NCBI GenBank assembly: GCA_000934665.2
Contig: KZ537968.1
Location: forward strand, 62,001-126,000
Length of the DNA: 64,000 bases
Source: Catajapyx aquilonaris
Taxonomy: Eukaryota
Direction of reading: 5' to 3'
Positions 25,001 to 36,669 of this stretch are shown in pieces. Each line of letters starts with the position of its first letter. Position 1 is the stretch's first letter. The notes beneath the pieces are model-generated. The model did not search any database. It was not told the origin of the DNA and saw only the letters and a program-made list of their open reading frames with translations. Position numbers and translations under genes: made by a program.

Positions 25001-28000
25001 TCATGCGAGGTCGAGACAACGGCCTTCCGGACTACAACACTGTTCGGAAGTGCTTTCGGCTGCCAATGATCGCCAACTGGAGCGAGATCAATTCGGATCT
25101 GTATGCCAAGAAGCCCGAGCTCTTTGAAAGGCTGGAGGAGTTGTACGGTAACGACCTGAACAACGTTGACCTCTACATCGGAGGGATGCTGGAGTCCAAG
25201 GACGGACCTGGCCCTCTCTTCAGGACCATCATCCGGGAGCAGTTCCAGAGGCTCAGGGACGCAGACCGATTCTGGTTCGAAAACGTCGACAATGGGTGAG
25301 TTGATTGCTCTTTACCTTGAACCCCATTGTTGGGATAAGCACTGTGGACGTATTGCCAAACCATTTCGGCTTGATTACACCTTGCATACTTTTTTGTGAA
25401 TCGACGGTTCATGGCCGGACATACCAAACGGCCATCCTTATACATTTTGACAAAACTTTCACCCCGACACACCGAGCTGGAAACATTGTAATTAATTGGG
25501 CATTCCTTCCGGTGATCAACCCCAGAATTCCACCAAGAATTTACGAGACAGACCTTGTGATTTCTGGCGGCGACTAAAAAATAATTTTTCGAGCTCCCCT
25601 GCCCTTGGGTGCTCTCGAAACAGGTGCGACACATCATTCTCAAAGTGTTTTTTCGAGAAAAGAGATATAGAGAAAACCGCTCTGGGTCTGGCCGTCCTTG
25701 GAAGAAGGCGAAGGCTTGGCAATGGGAATAGCGTGAGGATCGTTGGTGCGTTGAGGGGAACGCCGTCACCACACCTGTTTCCACAAGAGAAACCTGCCAT
25801 CCAATATAATATATTTTTTTGCACTCCTTTTCGCCATTCCTTCAGAGCACCAGGTCCAAGTAACATAAATCTTTTTCCCCATAGTGCGCCGCCGCACACT
25901 GATTTTTCTACCAATCAAGCGGTAGGACCGGTTGTCCCTGTCGCGGATAATGTGACATACATAGTTTTACCCCTGCTGATTATTATTTGGCTTTTGTGTC
26001 AGGCTGGATTATTTGAAAAGACACAAAGACGATGATGTACTAGTAGGATGCTCAGGAGATGATTTTCAATATTAAAACAGGATTTTTGGACGGGTTTTTA
26101 AAACTCTGGCTGATATTTACTCTTGTCAATTTTTTTAAATAGTGACGGTGATAGGCAAATGCTACCAGAAAGAAGGTGATATTTCAAATGTAAAATATGT
26201 TTCTAATGACTTATCAAGCCTTTAACTGTTAAGTACACTGATTTGTACATATTTATTGTTGGCTATTACGTCCGTGCTTAACACATTTTATAACCCAAAA
26301 ATCTGGAATATGCTTTTGTCGAGATGCTATAACAGCTTTACACCGAATCATATAGCATAGGGTGCAAAAAAATCGTGCCCTCTTCATTTTATAATATGCA
26401 AAATATCTGTTGACAAACCGGAAGGCATCGTAGGCAACAAAAATGGCTGAACTAAAAAAACTCTTTAATAACACCCGAGTGGACGTTGCCCATTTGGTTG
26501 ATCTCCTTTTTTTCATGTGTGCCAACCTGTCATTGGGTGGATCCCGAGCGCCAAAGAGTGGTCAAACGTGTCCGCAAAGCTCCTCTAAAACGGCTAAATA
26601 TCCTTCTAATGACTCTTCTTGGTCCCATCTCGGCAGCATGTTCACGGAGGAGGAGATCGCCGACATACGTAAAATCCGGTTGTACGACATCATCCTCAAC
26701 AGCACGACCATAAAACCGGGGGAGCTTCAGGAGAAGGTGTTCTTCTGGATGGACGGCGACCCATGTCCACAGCCCATGCAACTGACTGCGAAGCAGCTGG
26801 AGCCTTGCACGTTTCTACAAGGGTACGACTACTTTGAGGTGAGAACTACAGTTTTTTTTTGGAAGGGGGGTAACCCAAGTAGGAAACATGACGAAGAGAC
26901 ATGTTTCAACATTACCATCACTTGGCCTCGATCGAAATCACTCTGGCTGATTCGCTTTCTCCATGATTTGTTGGGCTAATACTGGATTTTCCACCTTCGT
27001 TTGCCAGTATATCCTGGTCCTGATAGTTTGTAGCAAAACTGGATAGAATAGCACATAAACTGTCCTACCGCAATGCGGGCTGTTAATTGCATTTTGGAAA
27101 TTTATTGCTTGTGAACATACGGTAATGAAGATATGTAGGATGTTCCTGCATTTGGCTGCCAAATTCCGCTTCAGCCTAAGATATTAAATTATTAATACTT
27201 TTTCTCTATATTTTTAGGGTAGTGAAGTGGCCTACATCTACGCTTGCATCTTCCTTTGCTTTGTGCCAATCGTGTGTGCTGCTGCAGGCTACGGAGTGGT
27301 GAAGCTGCAGAACAGTCGTCGTCGTCGCCTGAAGATGCGTCAGGAGGAGAACAACAACGGAAAGTCAGTTGATAAGATGGTGGTGAAGGAGTGGCTGCAT
27401 CAGAACCACAAGAGGCTGGTGAAGGTCAAGTTCGGACCAGAGGAGGCCATTCACACGGTCAACCGCAAGGGCGAGAAGCTCCGCACGGTCAACTTCAAGG
27501 CGGCGGAGGCGATGACCATCGAGATGACCCAGGACCCAAGGAAGAAGCCTATGGTTCTGGTCAGGGTTCACAAGGACCACGATCTGGTGCTGGAGTTCGA
27601 CTCGATCCACTCCAGGTCAAAGTTCGTCAGCAAACTCGAGGGATTTCTTCGAGGCTACCATAAGTCGCTGGAGACGAGTGTGACCTACAGGGAACAGATG
27701 CTGGCCAATGCTGAGACTAAAGAGAGGAGGCAGAAGAGGCTGGAGCATTTCTTCAGAGAGGCCTACGCTCTGACCTTTGGGCTAAAGCCAGGAGAGAAGC
27801 GGAAGCTGGAGGATGTGACCAGTGATGTCATCATGGTCATGAGGACGTCTCTGTCCAAGAGCGAGTTCGCATCCGCCTTGGGAATGAAACAAGGAGACGT
27901 GTTTGTGAAAAAGATGTTCAACATCGTGGACAAGGACGGGGACGGGAGGATTTCATTCCAGGAGTTCCTGGACACCGTGGTCCTTTTCTCCAAAGGTAAG

Positions 28001-31000
28001 ACTGGCGACAAGCTCAGAATCATCTTCGACATGTGCGACAACGACAGGAACGGCGTCATCGACAAAGGAGAGCTGTCCGAGATGTTGCGCTCGCTAGTTG
28101 ACATCGCCAAAACCAACAGCCTGTCCAATGAAGAGGTAATTCATCAATGTACCTCTTGTATAATTTTAATCGTGCCTCGAGTTACACTGTAGTGATCGTT
28201 GTCTGTTAATCACACTGTAAGTACACGTTGACAGTGAAAACAATTCCTTCTCTTATCAGACCGCTGTTGTCACGCTCAGCTTGTTCCTAGGGGGGGCTGT
28301 TTCGAGTGTCGCCACCCTATGCATTTTACAATTTACCTTGATCCCAGTGCACTGATCCAGAAATCCTTTGCTTCACCACCACTCTCTGGAGAGAGAAAAT
28401 GAGAACATATTACTATAGGTCTGTCAACGCACTGTGATCTTATTGTCGTTAAAAAAAGAGTGGTTATCCTACAAGTTTTTTTAAAGCCCGTAGCTATGTG
28501 AAATGAATAACGATCAGTTTGACCCCCTGTGAGGATACAAGCTCGGAATTTCAACCCCTTAGGTGTTTCTCACACTTGACGATATATGCGGTACAGGTTA
28601 CGTGATGGGGACGTTACACTGCCCTTACCTTTTTGTCATTTTGTGTACTGTATATGGTTTGTGAAGGTAATCAAAGTGATGCAAATTACCAGGTGACTGA
28701 GCTGATCGATGGAATGTTCAAGAACGCGGGGTTGGAACACAAGGAATTTCTGGCCTACGATGATTTCAAGATCATGATGAAGGAATACAAGGGCGACTTC
28801 GTGGCCATTGGATTGGATTGCAAAGGAGCCAAGCAGAACTTTCTGGACACATCAACCAACGTGGCCAGGTCAGCAATACCAGTTTTTTTTTCTCGAGTAG
28901 TAATTAGAGACGATTGTTGACTAATGAAGAAAGCAATGGGTGAGGCACACGTTCTGTATGCATGCGTGCTCTGGTACCCCTGCAGTTTTTCTGAGAACGG
29001 AAGTCTTGATTAATCCCGCCACAGACAATGCCTTTTACAACCTGAAGCAATTCGGCTTCCAAGTGTTCATGATAAGAGTTCATAATTCAACAATTAGGCA
29101 TTGAAAAGTGTAATAATGGACGGGATAATTAATCGGAGAAGAGTGGAAAGGTGTAGTAACAGCAGGTCTTGTCCGAGTGTCTCGAGCATTATCGCCCCAG
29201 GAAATCAACGGCACGTAATACGTAATTATCTCAGGTGGCTGGAAAAACTTTTTCGCGGGAACATTTTTTTTTTCATTGCTTCACAACCTTTGGCGAAAAT
29301 GCGGAAATTGACAATAAACACCGGCCCACCTTGAGCTGCGCAGTAGTGAAAGGGATGATCTTTATGAGGGTAATGATCACGCCACGAAATTTTTCTGACG
29401 GGCGAGACCAGGTATTTCGTGTGTTACACTCGCTGTTTGAAAAGACTGACATTTACTAGCGCAGAGAAAGTACACGCGTCCAAAACTTTTTTTCATTTAA
29501 TTAGTCAGGCATGACAAACTGATAACCAGTGCGCCTAGTATCCATCGTCCTTCGATGCTGCAGGTGCGCCGAGCAAAACAGTTCCTTTTTATCGAACAAT
29601 AGGTCCCGACCATAAAGTTTTCATTATATAAAATCGGCAAAGTGGTAACTTCCGTCACGGCTCAGCAGGATTACTTTGACGCTCAATTTATCAATTGTGT
29701 AACAACCAGAGTTTTCATGCCAGCCTGTATTGCATTGCAGAATGACCAGCTTCGCCATCGACAGCATCCAAGAGCGGAACAGACCGTGGATCCTGAAGCA
29801 ATTGGATTGTCTCACCACATTTCTGGAAGAGAACAGGCAGAACATATTCTACCTGTTTGTGTTCTATGTAGTGACAATGGCTCTGTTTGTGGAGAGATTT
29901 ATTCACTACTCGTTCATGGCCGAGCATACTGATCTGAGGCACATCATGGGCTTGGGAATAGCCATCACAAGAGGATCGGCAGCGGCCTTGTCCTTCTGCT
30001 ACAGCCTCCTTCTGCTGACAATGTCCAGGAATCTTCTGACCAAGTTGAAGGAGTTCACCGTCCAGCAGTACATCCCACTGGATGCACATATTCAGTTTCA
30101 CAAGATAGTGGCCTGTACTGCCCTGTTCTTTTCACTGCTTCACACCATAGGACATATCGTCAACTTCTACCACGTGTCGACCCAGCCAATAGAGCATCTC
30201 AAGTGCCTTACAAAGGAAATGCTGTTTCCGTCCGACTACAAGCCTGGAGTCACCTTCTGGCTCTTTCAAACCGTAACAGGTATAAGGTCATAACCACAAA
30301 CAATACCAAAATGGAGCATCTAAAAAAATATTCTGCGAGCTATCTCTCTGATTGTATAGATTATAGTTTCTATAAATATCCTTCTTTTTATAGGTATCAC
30401 TGGTGTACTCCTGTTCGTCATCATGATCACCATCTTTGTGTTCGCTCATCCTTTGATACGCAAGAGGGCCTACAAGTTCTTCTTCGCGACGCATAAGCTG
30501 TATGTTGCAATCTACATCCTGTGTCTCATCCATGGATTGGCTCGGCTGACTGGCCAGCCCAGGTTCCTGCTCTTCTTTATTGGCCCTGGGATTGTCTACA
30601 CCTTGGACAAGGTTAGTGCAAAGAGATGGACAGTGACAGAGGATGTGGCTGACGGTGGTAAAAATAGTGGGTCAGAGGAAGGGCATCTTTTTGATTAGGA
30701 TATGTTGACGTGGGCATGAGAATTTATGGATTATATTGCCTGCCTTTAATTAAAGGGGGGATGCACATGGCTGGATCCGTGGGAAGTGTCATTCCAAAAA
30801 TTTCCTTTGTTCGGTTGTTTCGGTACGTGTCAGCAGGGTGCCTGGATATTTTCAGGTATTTTTTCCCAGGGGAAAGATTTTTATGAGATTTCATAAAGCG
30901 GTTTTGAGCGAACGTATTGAGTAATAGACTTAGTGTTGGTGGCGATGTTTTGTTTAAATCAGGCAGAGGTATTCGTAGCGCACACATCCCAATATGGATG

Positions 31001-34000
31001 TACTGTATATTTACAAAGAGAGGGATGACAACCGCGAAAAAAACAGTTATCTGCAAAATTATTACGTAATTACATTGTACACATAGGTAGGGCTATTATC
31101 ACTGCCTGGCTTCTCAAAATAACTGTAAGTTATAGTAAGATTAAATGAATAAAAGGACCGTTGCACAAGGAGTGACAGCATCCCCTTTACGCACGAAATC
31201 AAAATTGTACCAACCAAGGTTATTTCCTCAATTTTTCCGCCTCAACGCTCAACACTGACACCCGTTATGCAGTTTATTCCCAGGCTTTCTTCATATTAGA
31301 ATTGTTTAAAAATATGGCACACGCAAAGTTGCTCAATTACAATTTGTCTAATAAATCATGATGTGTTTTTGCACATTTGTTTTGCTGATACACACACAGG
31401 GTGGTCTATTGGTAGCAATACGAGCATATTTAAGGATAAAACCTGTTATGGCTACCTGTCTGGTTATTGCAAAGACATGTTAAATTTTGCCAGCTCTTGT
31501 GATTTAACACAGTACGCAACCGCTTCAAAGTCCGATTAATCCAGTTGCAATTAGCAAGTGTCCGACACGATACCACGCAGCAATAAAAACGCCTCTCACA
31601 GCATCCGATCCACCCACCCAATCTGGTTCTGGCAAGGAGAGACGAGCCTAATGAAAATCTGCTGATACGCCACCGAGCATCGCCTCCAAACAAAACGGAA
31701 CACTTCTCTTTTTCCTTAACCCAGGTGGTGAGCCTACGCACCAAATACATGGAGCTAGACATAATAGAGACGGAGCTACTACCTTCGGACGTGATCAAGA
31801 TCAAGTTCTACCGGCCGCCCAACTTCAAGTACTTGTCTGGTCAGTGGGTGCGGCTGGCCTGCACCGCCTTCCGACCCCACGAGCTACACTCCTTCACACT
31901 CACCTCAGCTCCTCATGAGAACTTCCTCTCCTGTCACATCAAGGCCCAAGGACCATGGACGTGGAAGCTCAGGAACTACTTCGACCCTTGCAACTACAAC
32001 CCGGACGAGGATCATCCTAAGGTATTGCACTCGTGACGATATATCCAGTGAATAGGACAAGTTGTCTTCAATGTTTCGTGTGTTTCAGATCCGATTGGAA
32101 GGTCCGTTCGGAGGAGGGAATCAAGACTGGTATAAGTTCGAGGTGGCGGTGATGGTCGGAGGGGGCATCGGGGTCACTCCGTATGCCTCCATCCTCAACG
32201 ATTTGGTGTTTGGGACCTCTACCAACAGGTACTCCGGAGTCGCCTGTAAAAAGGTACGTACTTGGGTGCTGAGCAAAATGTTTTTAGATAGTAACTGGCC
32301 TGAAAAGGTTACTCGCGCGTGCTGTGGCGATTGTTGGCAGTCCATTTATAATGATTTTCGGTTAATATTAGGCTGAATAAAATGTTTAATCAAGATCAAG
32401 TATGGATACACACACAACCGGTGGTGCTATGGGCGCCAAAAGAATTGACCGGAGTTGATGGGTATATAGCGCCATATACCCATCAAATCCGGTCAATTCT
32501 TTTGGCGCCCATAGTACAAATACTTTTGATAATTTTTGATGATTTTAATAATAATTTATTTAAATCTAGTGTACAGTTCTATACTGAAGAGCTTTCTCTT
32601 CCATACTTGTGGAGATAGTGTTTCCTGGTCGTTTGCGGCAATACTGACTGTAAAGATATTATGAATTTAACTATTTGGGCGGAAATAGGTACATCAAAAG
32701 TAGTAAATGTTGGACAACGTAATGCCTATAATGGTATATAGATCTACGTGTACTGCCAAGCATCAAATCAGATGTAGTGTATTATTTGATGCATTTTTTA
32801 TTATATTTTCTACCCGACTGGATGTGTTGCTCTATCATTTTGTCCTGCAAGAACGGTTTCCTTAGCTCATTGACTCCAGAAGCAAGTGTTTCCAGGGAAT
32901 GATACCTGTTATTTTACCTAGTCATTTACAAACTCCTGTCATTGAACCAACAGTAATTTCGCTGATTTGCTTGATTGCAGTGTTCACACCGATTCATCCC
33001 GATCCATTACTTCCCACTAACAAAGTACAAGTAATCTTCAAACCGGATCTTGACCCGTCTAAAAAAAATCATGTCATATCAAGCTGTACATTTCATGGAC
33101 GAATAGCTGTCCGTCTCATATAAGAACAATGGCCAACAGGAAGTCTAATATATATTTTTTTCTGCTAGTTCCACTGTATGAAACTGGGCGCTAAGAACTA
33201 GCACTCGTCCTTCAATGTGCAATAAAGAATACAAACACTTGGGTGTTTTGAAGGAGGGGTCGTAAAGTGAGCCCTTTCGAATGACTTTTTACACTCTGTT
33301 GCTCTTCAGGTGTACTTCCTGTGGATCTGCCCTTCCCATCGACACTTCGAGTGGTTCATTGATGTCCTGAGAGACGTGGAGAAGAAGGACGTGACCAGCG
33401 TACTGGAAATACACATTTTTATCACCCAGTTCTTCCACAAGTTTGATCTCAGGACAACCATGTTGGTAGGTATCTTCATAGACCACAGCAATTCAAAATA
33501 AGATGGGCATAATTTGAAATAATTTTTCACTGAACGAAATTTTATAAACTTAACATGAAACGTAAAAGCAACGTTCTATCTGTCTATTCCTCCCATCTTC
33601 TGTAATTTCACTTTATTCGAAGGTAAAGGCCGCCAAGTTGAATCATTTTCTGGCATAATTTCCCATGTTTATTTCCACTTTTTTTGCAGTCTGCAGTTTG
33701 AATGAAACAGTCCTTGAAGCGGTGCATGTTAAATTAACCTGGCCCTCTATTTTTTCCAGTACATTTGCGAGAACCATTTCCAACGATTATCCAAGAAGAG
33801 CATGTTCACTGGCTTGAAGGCCATCAACCACTTCGGGCGGCCAGACATGACGTCATTCCTTAAGTTTGTCCAGAAGAAACACAGCTACGTAAGTGTGCCC
33901 TTGATGCGGATAAGAGAGTTATTATCTTTAAACTTTCATGGGTGTTGGCTCAGAATCACCACGTTTCTCATATCCGGAAGCAGTTACTGAGCGAAAGGGA

Positions 34001-34581
34001 ACCTGACACGTGTATGTGTATATTGACATGCATTTTTTTTTGTTATGGGGGGTGCGGTGCGGATATGATCACAAGGACAATTGTTTTGTGTTAGGTGTTG
34101 TATGCAGGTACAGAGTGATATGTTTATTTTTTCATAATTGTCGTTTCCTGGTCGGCCAAGTTTTCTTCAGGAAGGGAATGTCACTTTTCAGGTACTAATG
34201 TGCTACCAAGGAATCATATAGGTTGCCAAGGGCGTTCTTAAAAATATATTTTCATTTGCAACTGCGAGTGTGACTTGCATTCACATGTTCATGGCTATGC
34301 TAATGAGAGTGAAATTTAGAATTCTGACAATTTTTTGAATGGCTCAAGGGTAAGCTTTGCTGAGCACGTCTAGACTGGAACAGTTGCATTATTATACAAT
34401 GCTGTAATCACTTCCGGGATCTGCTCTCTAATTAATAATTTGCAATCCACAGGTGAGCAAAATTGGTGTGTTCAGCTGCGGACCTCGACCATTGACCAAA
34501 AGTATAATGTCCGCCTGCGAAGAGGTCAACAAAGGTCGAAAACTACCATACTTCATACACCACTTCGAGAATTTCGGCTGA
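6932..34581 (+). CDS. Duox: Dual oxidase (peroxidase-like domain, TM, EF-hands, NOX flavocytochrome); 17 coding exons, 5'-most signal-peptide exon not confidently placed
   Basis: Exons 6932-7012, 11280-11441, 15021-15208, 18894-19098, 22231-22397, 23761-23997, 24850-25295, 26637-26838, 27218-28135, 28693-28868, 29741-30279, 30394-30611, 31725-32021, 32089-32253, 33310-33465, 33760-33888, 34453-34581. All introns are GT-AG and phases join into one frame of ~1470 aa. Motifs: [43 protein letters not shown]-hands [12 protein letters not shown] and [15 protein letters not shown] motif HSFTLTS, NADPH motif GGGIGVTP, C-terminus HHFENFG*. Matches the Drosophila Duox sequence as I recall it. Confidence 0.98.
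11280..11441 (+). CDS. Duox: Duox coding exon ([17 protein letters not shown]...RTALLAFFG)
   Basis: Acceptor ttattccag, donor G|GTGAG; phase 1 to phase 1. Confidence 0.95.
15021..15208 (+). CDS. Duox: Duox coding exon ([19 protein letters not shown]...NSPREQ)
   Basis: Acceptor ctccttag, donor CAG|GTAAG. Confidence 0.95.
16835..17028. mobile_element. MITE-like element (Tc1/mariner-type ends) with long imperfect inverted repeats, flanked by TA
   Basis: Left arm caagggtgttctgaattcgtgggtcatttttataactgatatc...tagcttgttgtg; reverse complement of right arm ctgggtgttccaaattcgtgggtcgtttttttataactgatatt...tagcttgttgtg; TA at 16833-16834 and 17029-17030. Confidence 0.78.
18894..19098 (+). CDS. Duox: Duox coding exon ([15 protein letters not shown]...EPERMF)
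   Basis: Acceptor gttgcag, donor C|GTACGT. Confidence 0.95.
22231..22397 (+). CDS. Duox: Duox coding exon ([25 protein letters not shown]...IASLQ)
   Basis: Acceptor cctccag, donor CAG|GTAAG; peroxidase GDxR and RWHN motifs; missed by the ORF track. Confidence 0.95.
23557..23711. repeat. Array of six TGATTGGT (inverted CCAAT box) motifs at 28-30 bp spacing with divergent spacers
   Basis: Motif starts 23557, 23587, 23617, 23646, 23674, 23704. Confidence 0.9.
23761..23997 (+). CDS. Duox: Duox coding exon ([11 protein letters not shown]...AAFRFGHT...WWDSN)
   Basis: Acceptor gttttcag, donor AAC|GTAAGT. Confidence 0.96.
24850..25295 (+). CDS. Duox: Duox coding exon ([14 protein letters not shown]...[11 protein letters not shown])
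   Basis: Acceptor aatatag, donor GG|GTGAG. Confidence 0.96.
26637..26838 (+). CDS. Duox: Duox coding exon ([12 protein letters not shown]...GYDYFE)
   Basis: Acceptor ctcggcag, donor GAG|GTGAG. Confidence 0.95.
27218..28135 (+). CDS. Duox: Duox coding exon (first TM helix, linker, EF-hands)
   Basis: Acceptor tttttag, donor GAG|GTAAT; two canonical EF loops. Confidence 0.97.
28693..28868 (+). CDS. Duox: Duox coding exon (VTELIDGMF...TSTNVAR)
   Basis: Acceptor ttaccag, donor AG|GTCAG. Confidence 0.95.
29741..30279 (+). CDS. Duox: Duox coding exon (ferric-reductase-like TM region with haem His residues)
   Basis: Acceptor attgcag, donor G|GTATAA; QFHKIVA and LLHTIGH. Confidence 0.97.
30394..30611 (+). 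CDS. Duox: Duox coding exon (GITGVLLF...ATHKLY...LIHGL...YTLDK)
   Basis: Acceptor ttttatag, donor AAG|GTTAGT. Confidence 0.96.
31725..32021 (+). CDS. Duox: Duox coding exon (FAD-binding, HSFTLTSAP)
   Basis: Acceptor aacccag, donor AAG|GTATTG. Confidence 0.97.
32089..32253 (+). CDS. Duox: Duox coding exon (IRLEGPFG...[11 protein letters not shown]...ACKK)
   Basis: Acceptor gtttcag, donor AAG|GTACGT. Confidence 0.97.
32427..32514. repeat. Near-perfect inverted repeat (41-bp arms, one mismatch, 6-nt centre) in a Duox intron
   Basis: ctatgggcgccaaaagaattgaccggagttgatgggtatat-agcgcc-atatacccatcaaatccggtcaattcttttggcgcccatag. Confidence 0.95.
33310..33465 (+). CDS. Duox: Duox coding exon ([10 protein letters not shown]...DLRTTML)
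   Basis: Acceptor ctcttcag, donor TTG|GTAGGT. Confidence 0.96.
33760..33888 (+). CDS. Duox: Duox coding exon (YICENHFQR...HFGRPD...KKHSY)
   Basis: Acceptor ttttccag, donor TAC|GTAAGT. Confidence 0.96.
34453..34581 (+). CDS. Duox: Duox last coding exon ([11 protein letters not shown]...HHFENFG*)
   Basis: Acceptor ccacag; TGA at 34579-34581. Confidence 0.96.
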   Translation: MSKIGVFSCGPRPLTKSIMSACEEVNKGRKLPYFIHHFENFG

Positions 34582-35859
34582 TCAATTCGTCCAATATGAT
34601 CACCATGGTGCTTGTGTATTTTTTAAACATTTTTTTTTTCGCTACGTGTGACATACTCCCAGAATTTTTTCCCCCCGTCTTCCCCCCACATTTATTTGTG
34701 GTTGTTGCGAGTGCTGCGAGTGACTCTTTTTGGTGTGTTAATTTTATTTTTGCGTGCTTGCGAGGAACCAGATCCTCCCTAAGACTTGCTGGCAAGTGAC
34801 TGCCTCCATTGTGATAAAAAGTAGCACGTAGCTGATTTTGCTCAAGGAGATTTAAAAAAATATTTTGCAAACTGTTTGGCACTTGAGCTTTAGACCACAG
34901 TCAAACCAAACCGAACTTGAAGTTTTCTTTTTGATTCGCCAAAACAACAACGCGAGTGAAACACTTCTACATTGCAAGAAAACTGTGCGGCTTGCAACTT
35001 TTTCATTTTGAAAAAAAATATGGAAGGGTGTGTTTATTGGGCCGCCAAAACAAGGCCTGAGACAAGACGTTGACTCCTTGATTCTTACAATTTTCTAGTC
35101 CTAGGAGATGTTCGATGGCGCTTTGAGGAGAAGTAAAAGGGGAGGATGGGACCAGAAGCGCCAGTGGACCTGTCGTTATTATTTTTTTTGGGATGATCAG
35201 TATTTTGAAATAGTCAGGAAGACAGTACACCCATTTATGTGCCTCTGCCTACTTTTCGTTCTAATTTCTGATTTCCTCTTGATGAACTTTTCTTTTCTCA
35301 CCATGTTCTACCCATTTTTTGATTTAAGTCCAATAATGTAAACTGTGACTTTGATGTCCCTCATCGAAACAGTAAAAAAAACTGCAAACAAAAGACGTCC
35401 CCTGTAGCTTGCATCCTCTGGTAATTCTAGTTGATACAAATGTTGTACATAGAGAGACGTGTCGCCAATGAGGGTTTCATTATCAGTACTGTATCATAGT
35501 TGTAAAATGAACGTCAGTAAACGTACAGGCCATTTTTGTTTAAAACATTGTCTTGCATAATTATTTCTTAACCGATCCAAGAACATACCCAATATGTCGT
35601 TGTTGAAGTTGTGTGCCCATAACGTGCAATTGCCTGGTCATTTGACGCCCTTCTTGCCCCTTTTTTGTTACTGAGAAATAACGGTAATAGTTGACCTATA
35701 CGGCATTAGCACATCGATATAGATCTACTGTACTATTGTACTTGAATACAAGTAATGCAAGAGGAAATGTCTATGTGAGGCCACTGGTGATGCAGAGTTC
35801 CAAACTGACCAAAGAGGTGGTGAAGAAGAGAAGGACCCATTCACATGAAAATAAATGAC

Positions 35860-36046
35860 ATTCCTGTCCTGCGATGGATTTTGATAGTGGGAGGAAACGG
35901 GAGAACCCTGAGAAAACCCACGCTAATACCGAGAGAACCCATTGCAACTCTATCGACCTAAGTATCCTCCGTCCGACCCCGGGATCGAATGCGGGACGCC
36001 ATAGGTGGAAGGCTGTGGCGATAGCCACTACACCACCGTGCTGACC
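35860..36046 (-). mobile_element. tRNA-derived SINE with V-domain-like core (3' boundary approximate)
   Basis: Minus strand begins ggtcagcacggTGGTGTAGTGG (A box) ... caTTCGATCCcgggg (B box), then GCGTGGGTTTTCTCAGGGTTCTCCCGTTTCCTCCCAC (plus-strand 35887-35923). Confidence 0.8.
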
Positions 36047-36294
36047 ATATTGTATATATTATATTAGAATTATCCCTCAATGGGGAAAAAATTAAATTAA
36101 ATAAAAATTAAATTAGAATTAGTATAATCCGGTAATTCAGTGAATTCAAATTTCAAAGCGTTTGAATTCCAAAGCGCTGCCATTCAGAAATATTGGAAGA
36201 ACTTATTTTAAACAAAATAATGCAAAGAACACTTTAAGCAGAGCCCTATCAGAAAATTTTTACATAGAAAACACAATTTTGTTTCCCAGTGTTA

Positions 36295-36319
36295 TAATAA
36301 TAATAATAATAATAATAAC

Positions 36320-36355
<36 letters not shown>

Positions 36356-36356
36356 T
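36295..36356. repeat. (TAA)n microsatellite, tail of the adjacent SINE
   Basis: Directly visible, lies inside the TSD pair. Confidence 0.95.
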
Positions 36357-36669
36357 GGGTGATAGGCGTACCCCTAGAGGTTTTCAGCCAGACCTTTATT
36401 TTGACGTTGGTACCATTTTTTGGGAATGCTATTATTGAAGCGCCCAGGCCCACGCGCAGGATGACAGGAGGGAATGTGCAAGTGCAGTGCCTTGTCTGAA
36501 ATGTGGTCGTTTTGTGAGATCCCCCGGGTGGATTAGTCTAAGGACATTCCACCCAAGACGAAGTCAGAGACGACTCATGAACTCTGCACGAGATGAAGGG
36601 GGTTGGGATCGAACCCGAACCTTAACATCCGTGGGCGCATACGTTACCGTAGCACCACTCCGCCTCCCT
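36296..36669 (-). mobile_element. tRNA-derived SINE with (TTA)n tail and 14-bp target-site duplication
   Basis: Head gggaggcggagtggtgctacggt...GGTTCGATCCC; tail read as (TAA)n on plus at 36295-36356; TTTCCCAGTGTTAT repeated at 36282-36295 and 36670-36683. Confidence 0.88.

Noticed and set aside
27365..28128. Antisense and alternate-frame ORFs overlapping Duox exons (also 25173-25784, 29715-30101, 38588-39061)
   Set aside because: Shadow ORFs of real coding exons with biased codon usage; no independent motifs.
35975..36046. tRNA-like sequences here and at about 36597-36668 and 45485-45554
   Set aside because: A/B boxes are present but the cloverleafs look degenerate and continue into SINE bodies, two with TSDs; these are SINE heads, not tRNA genes.
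36162..36362. ORF with poly-Ile
   Set aside because: Translation of the SINE (TAA)n tail.
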